The notes under the pieces are model-generated. The model made no database searches and was not told the DNA's origin. It was given only the letters and a program-made list of their open reading frames with translations. The position numbers and the translations under genes were made by a program. From Acanthaster planci (taxonomy: Eukaryota): a DNA stretch of 64,000 bases. Positions 1 to 14,100 of this stretch are shown piece after piece. The stretch lies in contig NW_019091358.1 of assembly GCF_001949145.1 (NCBI RefSeq), positions 372,961 through 436,960 on the forward strand, read 5' to 3'. Every line of letters starts with the position of its first letter. The first letter of the stretch is position 1.

Positions 1-678
1 GTTCAGTGACAGCATTGATTGTGGAATCAATCAAAGTTACTGACAGATACCCAGTGACTACATTACGGATTTGTGCCAGGCATTGTAAAACATTTTAGTT
101 CTGCCAGTAAGAAAATGCCACTTTTTCAGGTTTCCCACAGAACATCTGGAAGTCGAAGTCCATGACTGGTTCAGGACTCTCTAGGATTAAAATATGACAG
201 TATCCAAGCCATTTTGCAAGGAAAGGTTGCTTGTTATCATGACCTGAGAGAGAACCAGACACTTGACCAGCAAGGACACAGCCTGTTAATTTATCATTAT
301 TCCGTTATCACATCAACAGTGGCCATCAAAGATAACCCTTGCAGGATCTTGATTTCCATGTCTTTTCCAGGATATGTTTTCTCCAACAGGATTCCAGAAC
401 ACCCAATTTTTCTCCACTTCCCCAGAATTTTTCACGACTCTCCTGGACAACTGTTTTCTGGGATATTTCAGGATTTTCCATGACCCTTTGGACCCTGCTT
501 AAATTTGAATCAACATTAATCAGGTTCCTTAAAATTCTACATTCTCCCAAAATAGCAAACAACTCTGCTAACCTGCTTCTTTCCATATGAGGCAACAGCC
601 CTTCCCCCAAAATGTATGACGTCACATGCCCTGGAAGTGCCCACAAAGTGGCATACGGTGAATTTTTAGAAAACCTAC

Positions 679-3600
679 CCTTTGTTTTGTTCGATCGCTG
701 ATTCTTCGACTGTTTAACTGAGGCCTTCTTGCACACTTCACAACTCCACTGACCCTTGGGCACGCGGGCCAATGGCGGCTTGCAGCACTCCATGTGGAAG
801 GCCTTGGGGCACGTGTCGCAGCAGATCAGCTCCCCGCCATGGCCACAGTTTGTACAGGTGTCGTCATGGGCATCACTCCCAGAGGCCCTGTGTGGGGAGG
901 GGGGGTGCAATGGGAATTCTGAATGCAGAGCATTTGAGGAGAACAGTTTCAGAAAGGCCCATGCAAGAAGTCTGTGAGCTTTGCGAGCAAAACGACCCTA
1001 AAGTGAAGAAAATGGATTAATAAGTAATGGGTTTTGTCATGCTTTCACACGTATTAGGCCTGACGGTTGACGGACTACTTAACCCTAACCCTCCTCAATC
1101 CTCCAACAGGTGAAGGATTGAGGAGGGTTAGGGTTAATGCAAAGGATACAATTTGGATTTCATGACTAATTAGACTCTATGGTGTTCCCGGCAGCTGCAG
1201 CACAAAGCCCACAAGACTGCCGACTAGCAACAAGAAAAATGGATGGGGTAGAACTGGAGACTTGCGACTCGTAGGTTTGAGCCTTTCTGCTGTCTCATAC
1301 ACAATAGGGAATAGAAAAATAATATCGAAGCAAGGCTTTCACATTTACATCAATATCTCTCTTAAAATCAGCCATGTGAGCTGAGCAGGCTGATGCTTGT
1401 TGTTTCATAAGTGAACTGAAATTGAAGTGGCTAGCTGCTTATGGACGTGATTTAGAAAGTAACGAGGCATGCATAGGACATTAGATAAGCAGACGGACAA
1501 ATACACAGAGACTTCATGGAGACTGATGAGATATTCAACCTGCCACAGTATGTGCTTCCAGTGGCAAAGACAGACAGTGCGTTGAGCCTTCCCCTGTGTA
1601 CCGTTTTGTAAGCTAAGCACGGTGAAAAAGGAAGTTCGGCCCGCAGAAAATTTGAACAAACCCCAGAAGGGAATCCATTTGCTAGTGCAGGCCATGGTTG
1701 TAATCAGTGTTATAGCCAGCCATATTTTAGTGCAGGATAATTTTGTAAAAGCGAACGGAGGGAGCGAAGTGACGAGAGTCTCGCGGGTCACGGCCAGGGG
1801 TCCTCGTTAATAACCACTTGCTGCCGGGGGCAGTTATCAATGCTGATGATTCTGGTCCGGGATAATTATCATTTTTTTTCTGTTTTCAAAATTCTTTAAA
1901 AATTCCTATCTTCATTTACTGGACACTTACAAACACGTGAAGGACTGTCTGGTGTCCACTCTAGTCTGACAGACAAAATCTATTGACGCCCGAGTATTTC
2001 AGCCAGGCTGGCAGCCTTGTAAAAAGAGCCCAGATTGTGCGGTGTTATATAACTTTCTTTTGTTCATGAACCTGGCTCAGTGCGCTGCTGACCTCTTTTC
2101 AATAGGGGCCAGATTAGCAGGCAGCGTTGCTGTTTGGCTAATCGCTATGGTGGTGGAGCGCTTTTGTCCCAGGTGGTAATCCGCTCGCTCTAAATACCCC
2201 GAACCGTGGTATAATACTGTTTCAAAACAAGGCTGGATTATCTCCACTTTTGAGAGTGAAAAAATGTTGGTAATGCCCAGCAGCCTGGTCTTTTGTTCCG
2301 AGTACAGTCTTTTGTTACAAGGCCCTGTTCCCTTTGTCCTGGCCTTTTAAATTTCAGACAGTTTTGGGAGCTGTTTCACTGAACCAGGGACCTATTTTAA
2401 GTGAAGTCATATAAGGCCAAAAAATAAGAATTCTGCTTCTGATTGTATGCCTCTCAAGAAAAAGGTCAGTATGTCAGAAATGGCATGAATGGGTACAAAA
2501 GCATCCAAAAATTGTCTCAAAAAGTGATAAAAACCGGTCTTAATCCTAGCAAAAAAATTCTACAGTAGAAAATTTACTACAATAATGTACAATTCACACA
2601 ATGCCAGTCAGGTGATCATGATGGCAAACTGGCCAACGATGTCCATGTATCGCGAGGTAAGCATGCATGATGCATGCCGACAGGTGGATGATAAACCTCG
2701 TGCTGCGGCAGGAAATTTTGTGGAAACATGCTCACTTCAAGTACGAAAAAACCCACTTAAAAGTAAACTCCTGAACACAGAGAATAGAATAGAATAGAAG
2801 AGACCAAGTTCTGTGAATTATCTTGCAGAAATCCTCTTGTAACATCGATGTTTTTTCGACCAAGATGTGTAGACTGGTTGGCACATTTTCATTACACGTT
2901 TTCTGGCACGGCGCAGCGCAGCAAGAACCAGCGCAGCTTTGCTTTAATAGATTGAGCTTTGCGCACGTAATTTCACGACAGCGCGCCGAAATGCAAAGGG
3001 AACTCATGAAAATAACAGAAGTCTCTTTTCAAAACTTGCAAATGTAAGTAGGAAAACATATAAACACAGGCGTTTTAATGTGACAAAAGGTTGTTGAAAG
3101 GCATTTCATGAAGACAGGATCAGTAACAGCCTGGTGCTAATTTCAGCGCCCTACCCCTCGCTTTATTACAGGTTACCAGATGCTAATCATGATTTTTTTA
3201 ATGTAAAAGGGCTGTCAACCCCTGGTGTTTAATTTAAGGATGTATAGCCCTAAGTGAATGACTTCAAGTAATCCAGCTTCTAGGGCAAGGGTAGTATGCA
3301 CGCTGTCCAATTGCTCTGTGTACATTCACTGGAGAAGGTACGAACATGCTATTTTTGTTTGGGGGTTAACACTTTTCTGGTACCATGCAATGTCACATGT
3401 CAGACAACAGAATGTCACCTGGACTTCTTCAGTTACGGGAAAACATGAATCATGAACAGAGAAAGGTGTTGAAAGGAGAAGAAAAGCATTATTACATGCA
3501 GGGATGCAGGCGTTTGTGAATTATCACTGATTACGCATTCTGTATGCATTTAGATCGACATCGGTAGAGTGGTACATGAGAGCTAGCTGAGGTAAGGGGT

Positions 3601-5166
3601 GGAGAAGAAAAGGGCGTTGTCACATGCGGACAAGGCTGAAAACAGCGAGAGGAGGGGAGGGGAAGGGATCAGTCATTTACCCGTTGGGCCTTCGCTTTAG
3701 AGAACAGGCTGGACAGAGCCATTTCGCCTGGGGAGGTTTGTGGCGGGGCGGCTGCAAGCACTCTGCGTGGTAGGCGCAGGGGCATTTACGACAGAGGACC
3801 ATCTCGCCCCCGTGCCCACAGCCCCCACAGATGTCAAGGTGGTCAATGCTGCAGAGAGGAAGATCACCAAGGAGACGAGACATTTATTGTCGGGCAACCA
3901 ACATAACCACACATCACCCGCAGATGCGAAGAGAATATACCTTGTCCACACACAGGTCTGATGTTGACAATTTTTGTAAATGCACTACAAATTCACAATA
4001 AAGGCCAATACTAAGCAGTCAATGGGAGTAGCCAATTGCCAGCCTTCAGATAAAAAACCTAAGGAAAGACCTACAAGGTGCGTGGGGGTTCAAACCAGGG
4101 TCATGAGAGGTGCACAGTGATTAATGAGCCACTGCATTTCCATGATGAACCTTACTCCTTACTGAGATGAACCCAAGAACTTTCCTAACTTATTCTTGTA
4201 CGCTACTGATCATCTAGGGAACCAATTGTGATGCTGTTTAACCACTTCCTGCCGGGCGACCCTTTTTCGAGTATATAGGCTTTATATGCAGAGTCGGGGA
4301 GCCCGGAAATGGGACAAAAGAGTTGGGCCTTATAACAAAAGACCGTGCTCAGCACAAAAGACTGAGCTGCTGGGCATTACCAACATTTTTTCGTTCTCAA
4401 AAGTGGAGATAATCCAGCGTCGTTTTGAAACAGTATACCACGGTTTGAGGCATTTAGAGTGAGCGGATTACCACCGGGGACAAAAGCTCTCCACCACCAC
4501 AGCGATGAGCCACACAGCACCGCTGCATGCTAATCTGGCCCCTATTGAAAGAGGTCAGCAGTGCACTGCGCTGGTTTCGGGAACAAAAGAATCTTACGTA
4601 ACACCGCACAATCTGGGCTCTTTTTCCAAGGCTGCAGGCCTGGCTGAAATATTCAAAAGTCAATAAGGTTACCTGTCAGCTTTAGAGTAGTTCCCAAAGA
4701 GTCCTTCATGTGGGTATAAACGGCCATTAAATGAAATGATGAATTTTTTAAGAAGTTTGAAAATGGAAAATATTAAAAAGGACCTGGACTCTTGTCTTGC
4801 TCAAGAAAAATCCACCCGGCAGTAAGTGGTTCAGCCACCTAGAAACAGTGCAGCAGCTGAGTGCAGTTTGAAGCATCTAATCCTCCAAACCTGGGCAAGT
4901 ACGAGCTCGGCTCCAACCACACTGAGCTTAAACACAATGCAAGGTGGGGGCACACTCACTCTTCGTCATCACTCTCCATCTCGACATCGCTGGCCTCTTC
5001 TTCGCTTCCTTCGGCATCCTCATCTTCCTCCTTCATGTCCTCCTCCTCTTCTTCCTCTTCACTTTCTTCCTCTTCACTTTCTTCCTCTTCACTTTCTTCC
5101 TCTTCCTCGTCAGATGATGCTTGCTCTTCTTCCTCCTCCTCTGAAGATTCCTCCTCGGAGGAATCC

Positions 5167-5197
<31 letters not shown>

Positions 5198-8100
5198 GTT
5201 TCTTCTTCTCCATCGCTGTCCTACGTTGCTTCCTTGGACTTCGCTCTTTGGGTGTGCAGTCTTTGCAGTACCATTCCCCCTGAGGTACTTTCTGCAAAAC
5301 AAAAAGGTTTATTCAACTAAATCTATTCTTCTCATTCAGTATATCTAATATATCTTGCTTTTATACTTTTTTCTTTCAGTGATACAAAAAGGTTTGCATT
5401 GGATTCTGTGGATGGAATTCCAAAGCCAACAATTTCAAATTCAGTCAACAAGATTAACCATTTCAATCTGCATCATGGATTGTTTAGAAAATATTCCATT
5501 TCCGCAAATCAAGACACACAAGGCTATGGGGCAATGTGCACGCAGTGTGTAAGATTTGCAGCTTAACAAGAACAACATACTGATAGGATTAAAAAAAGCC
5601 CTTCACTCATCTTGTCCAATAACTGACCTTGAGGGGTGGCTTCAGGCAGTACATGTGCAAGCCACGGTCGCAGCCGTCGCACAGCAGCATCTGCTCAGCA
5701 TCGCCCTTGCGCCGGCAGATGCGGCAGCGGGCATTCAGGATGGACTTGGCCCAGATGATGGAGCGCTCCAGGGTGGACAGGTGCAGGAAGATCTGGGAGA
5801 GGCTGGTGACGGCCATCAGGGACTCCTCCCAGCATTCCCGGCACGTCTTGCGCGGCTTCTTGTCTGCTTGCAAGGAGAGGGAGAAACAGCGGGTTCAGAC
5901 GTTCACTGCCTTTTAATTTGGAAAGGCTACAAATTATGACTGGGGCCTACACTGTTCCAACTCAGTGGCACAAATTGACTTTATTCCCAAGTCAAAGCTT
6001 GAGTCTGCAGGGAGTGCACAGAGGAGAGTTTTTAGGATAATCACACGCCGTATCAGTTACCAGCATGGGATATCCTTGCCAGAGTAGAGCTATTGAATTC
6101 AGCCGACCTTGTGAAAGCCATTAGGATATTCTTGCACGCAACACTTGACAACAAAGCGCTCTAACCTCAGGCCCAACAGACTCTTGCAACGATGCTACTT
6201 CAATACATGACTAATTTAGCTTGACATATTTTATGCACAGTTGACCATGGAGTTCTGCAGAAGATTACGATTACTGTTCCCTGCTTTTGGCGCATCAGCA
6301 CACAACACTGTGATAATCCTGACAGCAAAATCCTAATTAACAGGACGTGGGCCTATACGAACGCCACAATTCCACACTAACGAATACACTGTACAAAGCC
6401 CTGGCGTAGAATTCCTTTCTACAGTTCATTAGTGGAGATTCATTTTGTGGAGTAATGCCATAACAATTGGTTTCCGTGGCTACAAACACTGTTGACATGT
6501 ACACCCAAACCCCAAAATTCTCCAGTGGATGAGATAAGCAACCTGGCAACGGAGACAAAACTTCAAATAGCCAAGAACCCCTTTGACTCTTATTCCAAGT
6601 CAGTGTCCTAGATGCACATGTGCCAGGGTTCTCACCATCTTCGTCTTCGTCTCCGCTCTCTTCTTTCTTTCCTTCCAACTTCTCTTGCATCCTCTTGCTC
6701 TTTCTGATGCCTGCATAGCGTCCAGTATCCTCCACCCCTGTTGCAGAGAAGCACGAGTGAAAACTTGCACATGAACAACAGAAAAGAGCAATCACAAAAC
6801 CGCAAAGTCGGTAAAAAAAGGAAACTCCTAACTTCACAATGCTTTGTACATTGTTTGTGGACATGTTGATCCAAGGAAAAAGTGAGCGCAGGGGAAAAGA
6901 GTTGATAAAAAACTCGCACTCGTGGGAGTTTCTCTTTCCGTGTAACACTGATGTGATAATTGGTGCTTTCAAGAACACAGATGAGGTTATGTATAGGTTG
7001 TTCGGTTGATTCTCAGCTCTCTTGAATACTTGGGCTTTCTCTGATAAAGTTCCTCCTCGGTGACTACCCCCCCACTTACCGAGGGGAGCTTTCAAGTATT
7101 TGGCATCGATTCCCTGAGACACCTGAAGTAAGGCACAGGCCAGGTCTCTGACCACGTTGTCCATAGAGTTCATTGGGGTGCTGCAACGGGTGGAGGAAGG
7201 CGACCCAGTGGCATCAGCCCGCTGAAGCTCAGCTAGTCTGCAGCAGGGAAACAAACAAAAACTCCCAATTTAAAAATGTTAGAAACCGCGACAAATCGGA
7301 TGGCTACTGGTGTGGTGGTCACATTTATGTGGCTCAGATGTACCATGTTTCACTTTCATTCATCCATATTCACTTGCATCCTTCGAACGCTTGGACGTTT
7401 AGATGTTGACTAAATAGCTCAAGACAGAAGCCCCATGTTATGGTGGCATTCCATTAGGAACTGCATCTACAGAAAATTGGAACGGGCAGGCCTTCACCGT
7501 GTTAAGGGAACATTTCTGTTGTTCGGCAAATCAGGATCAAGTTGTGTGGACATTTTCATCCCCCATAAAATCAATGTAAAAGAGTGTTCGTCCCTTCAAC
7601 TACAAAAAAAGTATGTGTGTCCTGTTACAATCGTTTCTTGGAGACAATGATTGTTTTCTAAGGTTTTGGGTTAGTTTCCTTATCTTCGTTGTTTTGGAAA
7701 CTTGCATCAGTTTTACTTGCTATTAAAACCCTGTCTTTTTAAGAAGCCATTTTGCGGATTTTTGGGGCATGCTCTAAGAGGCTGATCTTGCAGAGACCAA
7801 AAAAAATAGATTCAACAAACTCGTAGTCCTGCCTCACATTATTATGCAAATCTAGTAAAGGACAATTTACACTCGTCATTGATATTAACATCTAACATAT
7901 CTTACATATTGATGTGTGATAAGGAAAATATATGGGACCAACTCGTATAAATCAAGTCTGACACTAAGGTATGACACCAAATATTTGACATAAGAGTATC
8001 ATTGAACTATTGACCCTCTGTGAACCATGAGATCAACACACAAGACAAAGGCTTAGGCTGGTCACTTCTGATACAGACCTGCTGTGCTTCTTTGCCTGGG

Positions 8101-11100
8101 CCGGTGCCCCTTCGTCTTCCAGTTTGGGCAGGTCCGGCATGGACATGTTGAGGAAATCCTTGTCGTCCAGGAAGGACCGGGCGTAGAGCGGCCCCCAGCT
8201 GATCTGCTGGCACTGNNNNNNNNNNNNNNNNNNNNNNNNNNNNNNNNNNNNNNNNNNNNNNNNNNNNNNNNNNNNNNNNNNNNNNNNNNNNNNNNNNNNN
8301 NNNNNNNNNNNNNNNNNNNNNNNNNNNNNNNNNNNNNNNNNNNNNNNNNNNNNNNNNNNNNNNNNNNNNNNNNNNNNNNNNNNNNNNNNNNNNNNNNNNN
8401 NNNNNNNNNNNNNNNNNNNNNNNNNNNNNNNNNNNNNNNNNNNNNNNNNNNNNNNNNNNNNNNNNNNNNNNNNNNNNNNNNNNNNNNNNNNNNNNNNNNN
8501 NNNNNNNNNNNNNNNNNNNNNNNNNNNNNNNNNNNNNNNNNNNNNNNNNNNNNNNNNNNNNNNNNNNNNNNNNNNNNNNNNNNNNNNNNNNNNNNNNNNN
8601 NNNNNNNNNNNNNNNNNNNNNNNNNNNNNNNNNNNNNNNNNNNNNNNNNNNNNNNNNNNNNNNNNNNNNNNNNNNNNNNNNNNNNNNNNNNNNNNNNNNN
8701 NNNNNNNNNNNNNNNNNNNNNNNNNNNNNNNNNNNNNNNNNNNNNNNNNNNNNNNNNNNNNNNNNNNNNNNNNNNNNNNNNNNNNNNNNNNTATTGCCAA
8801 TGGGTCTAAAACAAGACAAACATGGCAGCGTCATGCTGAAGGTCTATAAAGCCAAAGCTCAAAGTTTTACCTTAATAATGCCCAGGCTGCCATTCCAGAC
8901 TCTTTCCTCAACATCTAGTATCTGTTCCCTGAGAAGTAACTCCAACGCTTCCTCCCCGTTGGCCTTGTCTGACACAAGGCCCTTCTTGCCACTGTTCATC
9001 TTGACAACCACCTGCCGGGAGACCCCATTCTGCTTGGTGTCTTTCTCCGCCTCCACCCCTTCTGCTGTGTCCTCCTTCTCTGAACTGTTCAGGGCCTTGG
9101 TGGGGACCACCTCCAGCGACTCCTCGATCCGCATCTTCTCATGGAGGATGGCCTCCTGGAGGGCCTTCTCCCGGAACCCGCGGCGATTCAGCGCAGCCAG
9201 CAAGTCCTCCAGCTCTTGGGGAGTACTGTAGAAAGCCCAGCTGCTGTGCTTCCTGCGCAGCATGCAAGGGTCCGGCTCTTCCTGGGGTTCCTGCTTGGCC
9301 TCTTGTATGACGCCGTTGACCAGGAGGGGCTCCTTGACCAGCCTCTCTTGCTGCTGCGCCGTCGGTCCCGTTTCCATCACCCCGTTTACAACCTCCAGGT
9401 CAATGTTCTCTTTGTTACTGCTAGTGGATGTATCCTGATCCTTATCACACTCCACATTATCCTGCTTGACTTCTGGTAAGCCTACAACAGGCAAAGCCGG
9501 CTTGCTCTCCACTCGTTGAGGAACAGGGTTGAGGTCTATGTCACCAAGGTGGGACGGATCATGCTCCACGAATAATCCTTGGATGGCGCTGAACAGCCAG
9601 AAGCGACGGTATATCCTGTCTTCCCCCAGTGGCATAATGCTGTAGCGTGTGGCTGCTTCGGCCATCTCCAGGCGGTACTCCCGATTCTTCTTGTGGAATT
9701 CTGCTTTGAGGGCTGCGTTTTCTTCCTCCTCCCTTTTCTGTCGGGCATCCAGCTCTTCCTGCGTGGGCAGTGGCTTCAGGTTTTCCAGCCTGGCATTGAT
9801 GTCTGCAAGCTCTGCTTCATCCTCTGTCTTTTGGCCGTTCTTCTGGGCCGGTCTACTGGCCTGATCCATGTCCTCCGTCTCTGAACTGCTGTCCAGGTTG
9901 ATAATTTCTGCCTCGGCACTGGCCAGTTGGTCTTGACGCAGCTGCGCTTCGCGCTCTCGATCTCTCTGCTCCCGTCTCAATCTCTCATGCTCTTTCTCCA
10001 ATGCTCGCTCCTCCAGTCGCCGCTTCCACCTGCAAATGTTACAAGTCATTTTGGAACAGGATAAATATCTCATGGTACGGTTGTGCACAGGAACGATACA
10101 GCCTAGTACTAGACCATTAATGTCTGGAACCAATTCCGAATTATGAGATTGGGAACTGCTTGGTAACCTGTCAGGTAGAGAAAAGGAAAGGTTTTGAAAG
10201 TTTCTGGTGAGACGTTCAAAACAAAAATTCAATACCTATGTGTATGTATCTTGATACCTGTTAATGGTGTCACATAGTATAAACAATGTAAACATAAGAA
10301 CAGAAATAATTTATAACTTGTTTGTTGGATATGTCCAAAGCTTGTTAATAAACAGCTTTTGAAAGACGTGGGCTCCTGTTATTCGTACCCAGGTCCTGTG
10401 ATTTTCTCCTACAGAGCACATGCCTCCTGTGCTACTTGCAAAAGCATGTCCTTATTTTAAATGTTCAAAAAATTTGAGACAAGGCAAGTTTTTAACTCCA
10501 CAAGTTTCAGTCTAACGTTTAAATTCTGAAAGTCGTCAGTACAGCGACGAGCTCATAAATCGCACAAACATGTCTTACTTGGCAGCTGCGTCCTCCCTCT
10601 CTCTGCGATGCTCTTGCCTGACGAGCTCTCGCCATTCCTTTCGAGATGTCTGGAAGGTTTCTAAGCTCTCCTCAATGATATCCCTCATGGTCACATAGGT
10701 CAAGAGCTGGCCGCACAGCGACATAAGTATCTTCAACTTGGACGCTTTGAACCAAGGGATTTCAAATGCTTTCATTTTAACAAGTAATAGGATTTTTCAA
10801 ATTACATAGTTTAGTTTCAGAATCAAGAGCTGTAATCATAAACTAAATCTACCTCAACTCTGCATCAGTCACTCAACTTTGAGTAACTATCTAAGGCATT
10901 AAACCCTTTCACAATAATTAAAAAACTCAATGAAGATTGTCTAAAAACAATCTAGAAGTGTAGCTCTCATACACATGCATATACTCCGTTAGTTGTACTA
11001 ACGACCAAATACTTCAATCGGCACACACAATGCACACTTTCATATCTGATTTTAAAGTATTCAGTTCTGACACTTTCACGAAATTTATTACATTGGAGAA

Positions 11101-14100
11101 GTATGCACCAGATACTAATTGACTGAGACACCTCCTGGGATCCAAGTAATTGTGAAGCCTAAAATCTAACTGGGCTTGGAACATTATTCTGAATATGAGC
11201 TGATACCATTCATCTTGTCGATACTGGGTACCTTTGTGACAGTACAGTAACCATGCTGAAATTATTACTATAACAAAGTAGCTTGTAAGTAAGACTTGAC
11301 TTTGTTGCTGTGTCTTGTTCCCTAGTCCATTATATAAACTGTACACTGTTGAATGGGATAGTGCCAGACTATTTTATGATTGGATGTAATGTAAGCTTCA
11401 CTTTCATTAAAATCTGGCTTAAAATGGGCGGATAAGTTTAATCACACTTTGAAATTATTCATGTGTTTTGTGTGTTGTGAAACTTTATGTTATAGCTTTC
11501 CTTTCTACTCTAAAGTTCCAAAAACAAAGGGGTAACCTCATTTTCAATTAAATATGGCCAACTCAAGAGACTGGTGCAATTGGAACACATCTGGCCAATT
11601 TCTGTGGGCTTTCTATCGTCAACAATTACGCACTCATTAGTCCAGTTACTCACCAGGAGGAAGGTCAAACATGTTGCCGGTGGTGAGGGTTCTGAGGATG
11701 TCGGGGTCCTGCATGCGGAACTCCAGGCCAGGGTCGTCGTGGGGAATGAACCCACCTCGCTGCTGGTACCGCCACTTGGTGTTCTCAGACGACGTGCGGG
11801 CGCCTGAGGACAAGAAGTGCAGGCGCAGGACTTCGGAGATGGTGGTGGAATCGACCGGCAGCTGGCGCAGCAGTGTACCTGGCAAAATTGCATAATCAGG
11901 GACCGAAATGAAACTTTTGAGAGAAAAAGAGAAAGCGTGGAAATGTTCAGGGATACCAAAATTAACAAGCCGCTCATCACACACATACAAATACCATTAT
12001 AAGAGAAAGTCCTAAACATACGGAATCTAATAAAATGAATGTACTAATTTTCATTCTCAGAGATCAACTGCTCGAATGTTCAGGGGGTGAAATGAAGTAA
12101 GAGAAGCATGTTCACAAGTCCACCTCAACAGCGCCTGAATCCGACCTTCATGGCGGAACTAGATCACGTAATAAACAATGACAAAAGCATATCCTGTACC
12201 TTGATGTATCTGAGGCCAGACTAACGCCGATGTGGCGGCTTTGGTCATTGCAGTGTATGTTGGGTCATCGTCACACAATGCTTCAGCCAGGTCAGCTGTA
12301 AGAAATTTAAGAGAAGAAAAAACATTCATTAAACTGTGCCTTCAAAATAATCAACATAACTATATCAGAACCATATCAGCTTACATATTTTTGTTCAACA
12401 ATGTGAGCATTAATTTTTTCAGCAAGAGGGAAAAGTAAACGATCATGATAAATGTCGGCCATGGCACTAATACAGCAGCTGTTGCAGTAGTGAGGCAGTT
12501 CCCTGACTTTAAACATCCTTCATCACCAGGCCCACTCAGGGAACTTTTCTGGGTTGTTCTCCCCCCGACAACTGCAACTCTCCCCCGGGTTTTCTTGGCT
12601 GGGATGACGATGATCTTTGCAAACTCAAGGCTGGTCACGGGTTCTTACCGGACGGAGCGTGATGCTGCTGTTCCTTCAGATCCACCTTCTCATCCTCTTC
12701 CTCCTCTTCCTGCATCCTGAAGATGGCCGACAGGAGACTGTTGACCAGGTCATAGTACATCCCATCCACCTTGTTGCTGAGCAACGCATCTTCAATTTGA
12801 TCTGCATACACAAAGACACTCGGAATTTTGACCATCTCACTCAGTTTCTGGGAGACCAGGGGGTTTAAAAAAGTGGTCTTAAAAAAAAGGACAGTGAACT
12901 GAAAGCAATTCATTTTCTCCTTCCTCGGAAGAAGGGCCCTTTCAACTGAAAGCGCATGACCAGCGCACACCAAAAAAGTACACGGAAACCCTTCTTTTTT
13001 GACATCCTAATCAGTTCAACAGATTACATTCTTTGACAATCTGTTCAAGAATCTTGTATGAAAACTGAGACACTGTGTTTTCCAGACGATATGTTAGAAA
13101 ATTGACTGCTTTTTGCATATCATACACTCACCGAGCGTGACGCCATTTGGAAACTCTTCGCTAAAGCCCAGGTAATCCTTAAAATGATAGATAAACTCCA
13201 ACACCACCACAACATCACCAAATAATTCCTGAGGCAACTTCATGTTGACAGGTGATGGCCATGGTAGATCCTAACGCAAAACAAGTGACAAATATAAGTC
13301 TTCAAAGCCAATGGTCTGTTGCATGGTTCGGCTGAAAGTCAGGCTGCGGTGGAAAGCAGCTTTGACTAGATAAATGCTAAGCAACCAACAAGGTGACGAC
13401 ATAAAAGGATGTTTCATTGCACCATAGTGATTCTATGCTTAGGTGAATCTTAATGAACATTTATTACTTGCAAAGAACCTTTCCCCGAACCATCCACCAC
13501 TGTATTACTCCACACTAGCTTGAAATGAGCGGAATATTTGTATACAACGTCACTCACTCTGAATGTGTCAAATGTCAATGTGCAACAAGTTACGCCAACT
13601 AGATGTAAAATGGACTCTGCTCTACAGGTACCACTTGATGGTAAAACATGTTCAACTCCACTAGCAGGTGCAACAATTGCAGGTGTAACAACTGCCCCAC
13701 TTACCTTGAGATCATCGCATTCTAGATCATCTCTCATGCGGTTAAATTCCCTCCTGTGCTCGTCCTGTAGGCGTTTCTCCTCTCGCATAACTTCTCGTTC
13801 CTAGAAGCCACAACACAGAAGTTAACATGAGAGTCTTGATTGCTAAATTGTTGAAAAAACAATCTGTGGCCTGAAGCACTTCCCCAAAACTTTGAAATTT
13901 TGGTAAGTTTGATTATCTTGTTTGTTCCAAATGCACATCACATTTGGAGACTGTAAACTCATTTCTGGACAGTGGAACAAAATGGAACCGTATGGAGGTT
14001 TTTCAGTCACATGATTTTTTATGGCTTCGAAGTTGCTCAGCATTTTCACTAAAATCAAATCAGCAACAGAAATACATAGATTTAAGAGTATATGCGCTTC

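Noticed and set aside
326..910. Stand-alone 194-aa PHD gene
   Set aside because: Splice sites at 887 and 679 fit it as a BAZ1A exon. The remainder is intron read-through.
1081..1092. Telomeric repeat (AACCCT)2
   Set aside because: Only two units, and part of a TIR arm rather than a telomere tract.
4826..5320. Ser-rich and Pro/Leu-rich ORFs on the plus strand
   Set aside because: Antisense shadows of the Glu-rich BAZ1A exon.
8007..8834. Long ORFs spanning the first N run
   Set aside because: Artefacts of the gap. Only 8079-8215 is credible coding sequence.
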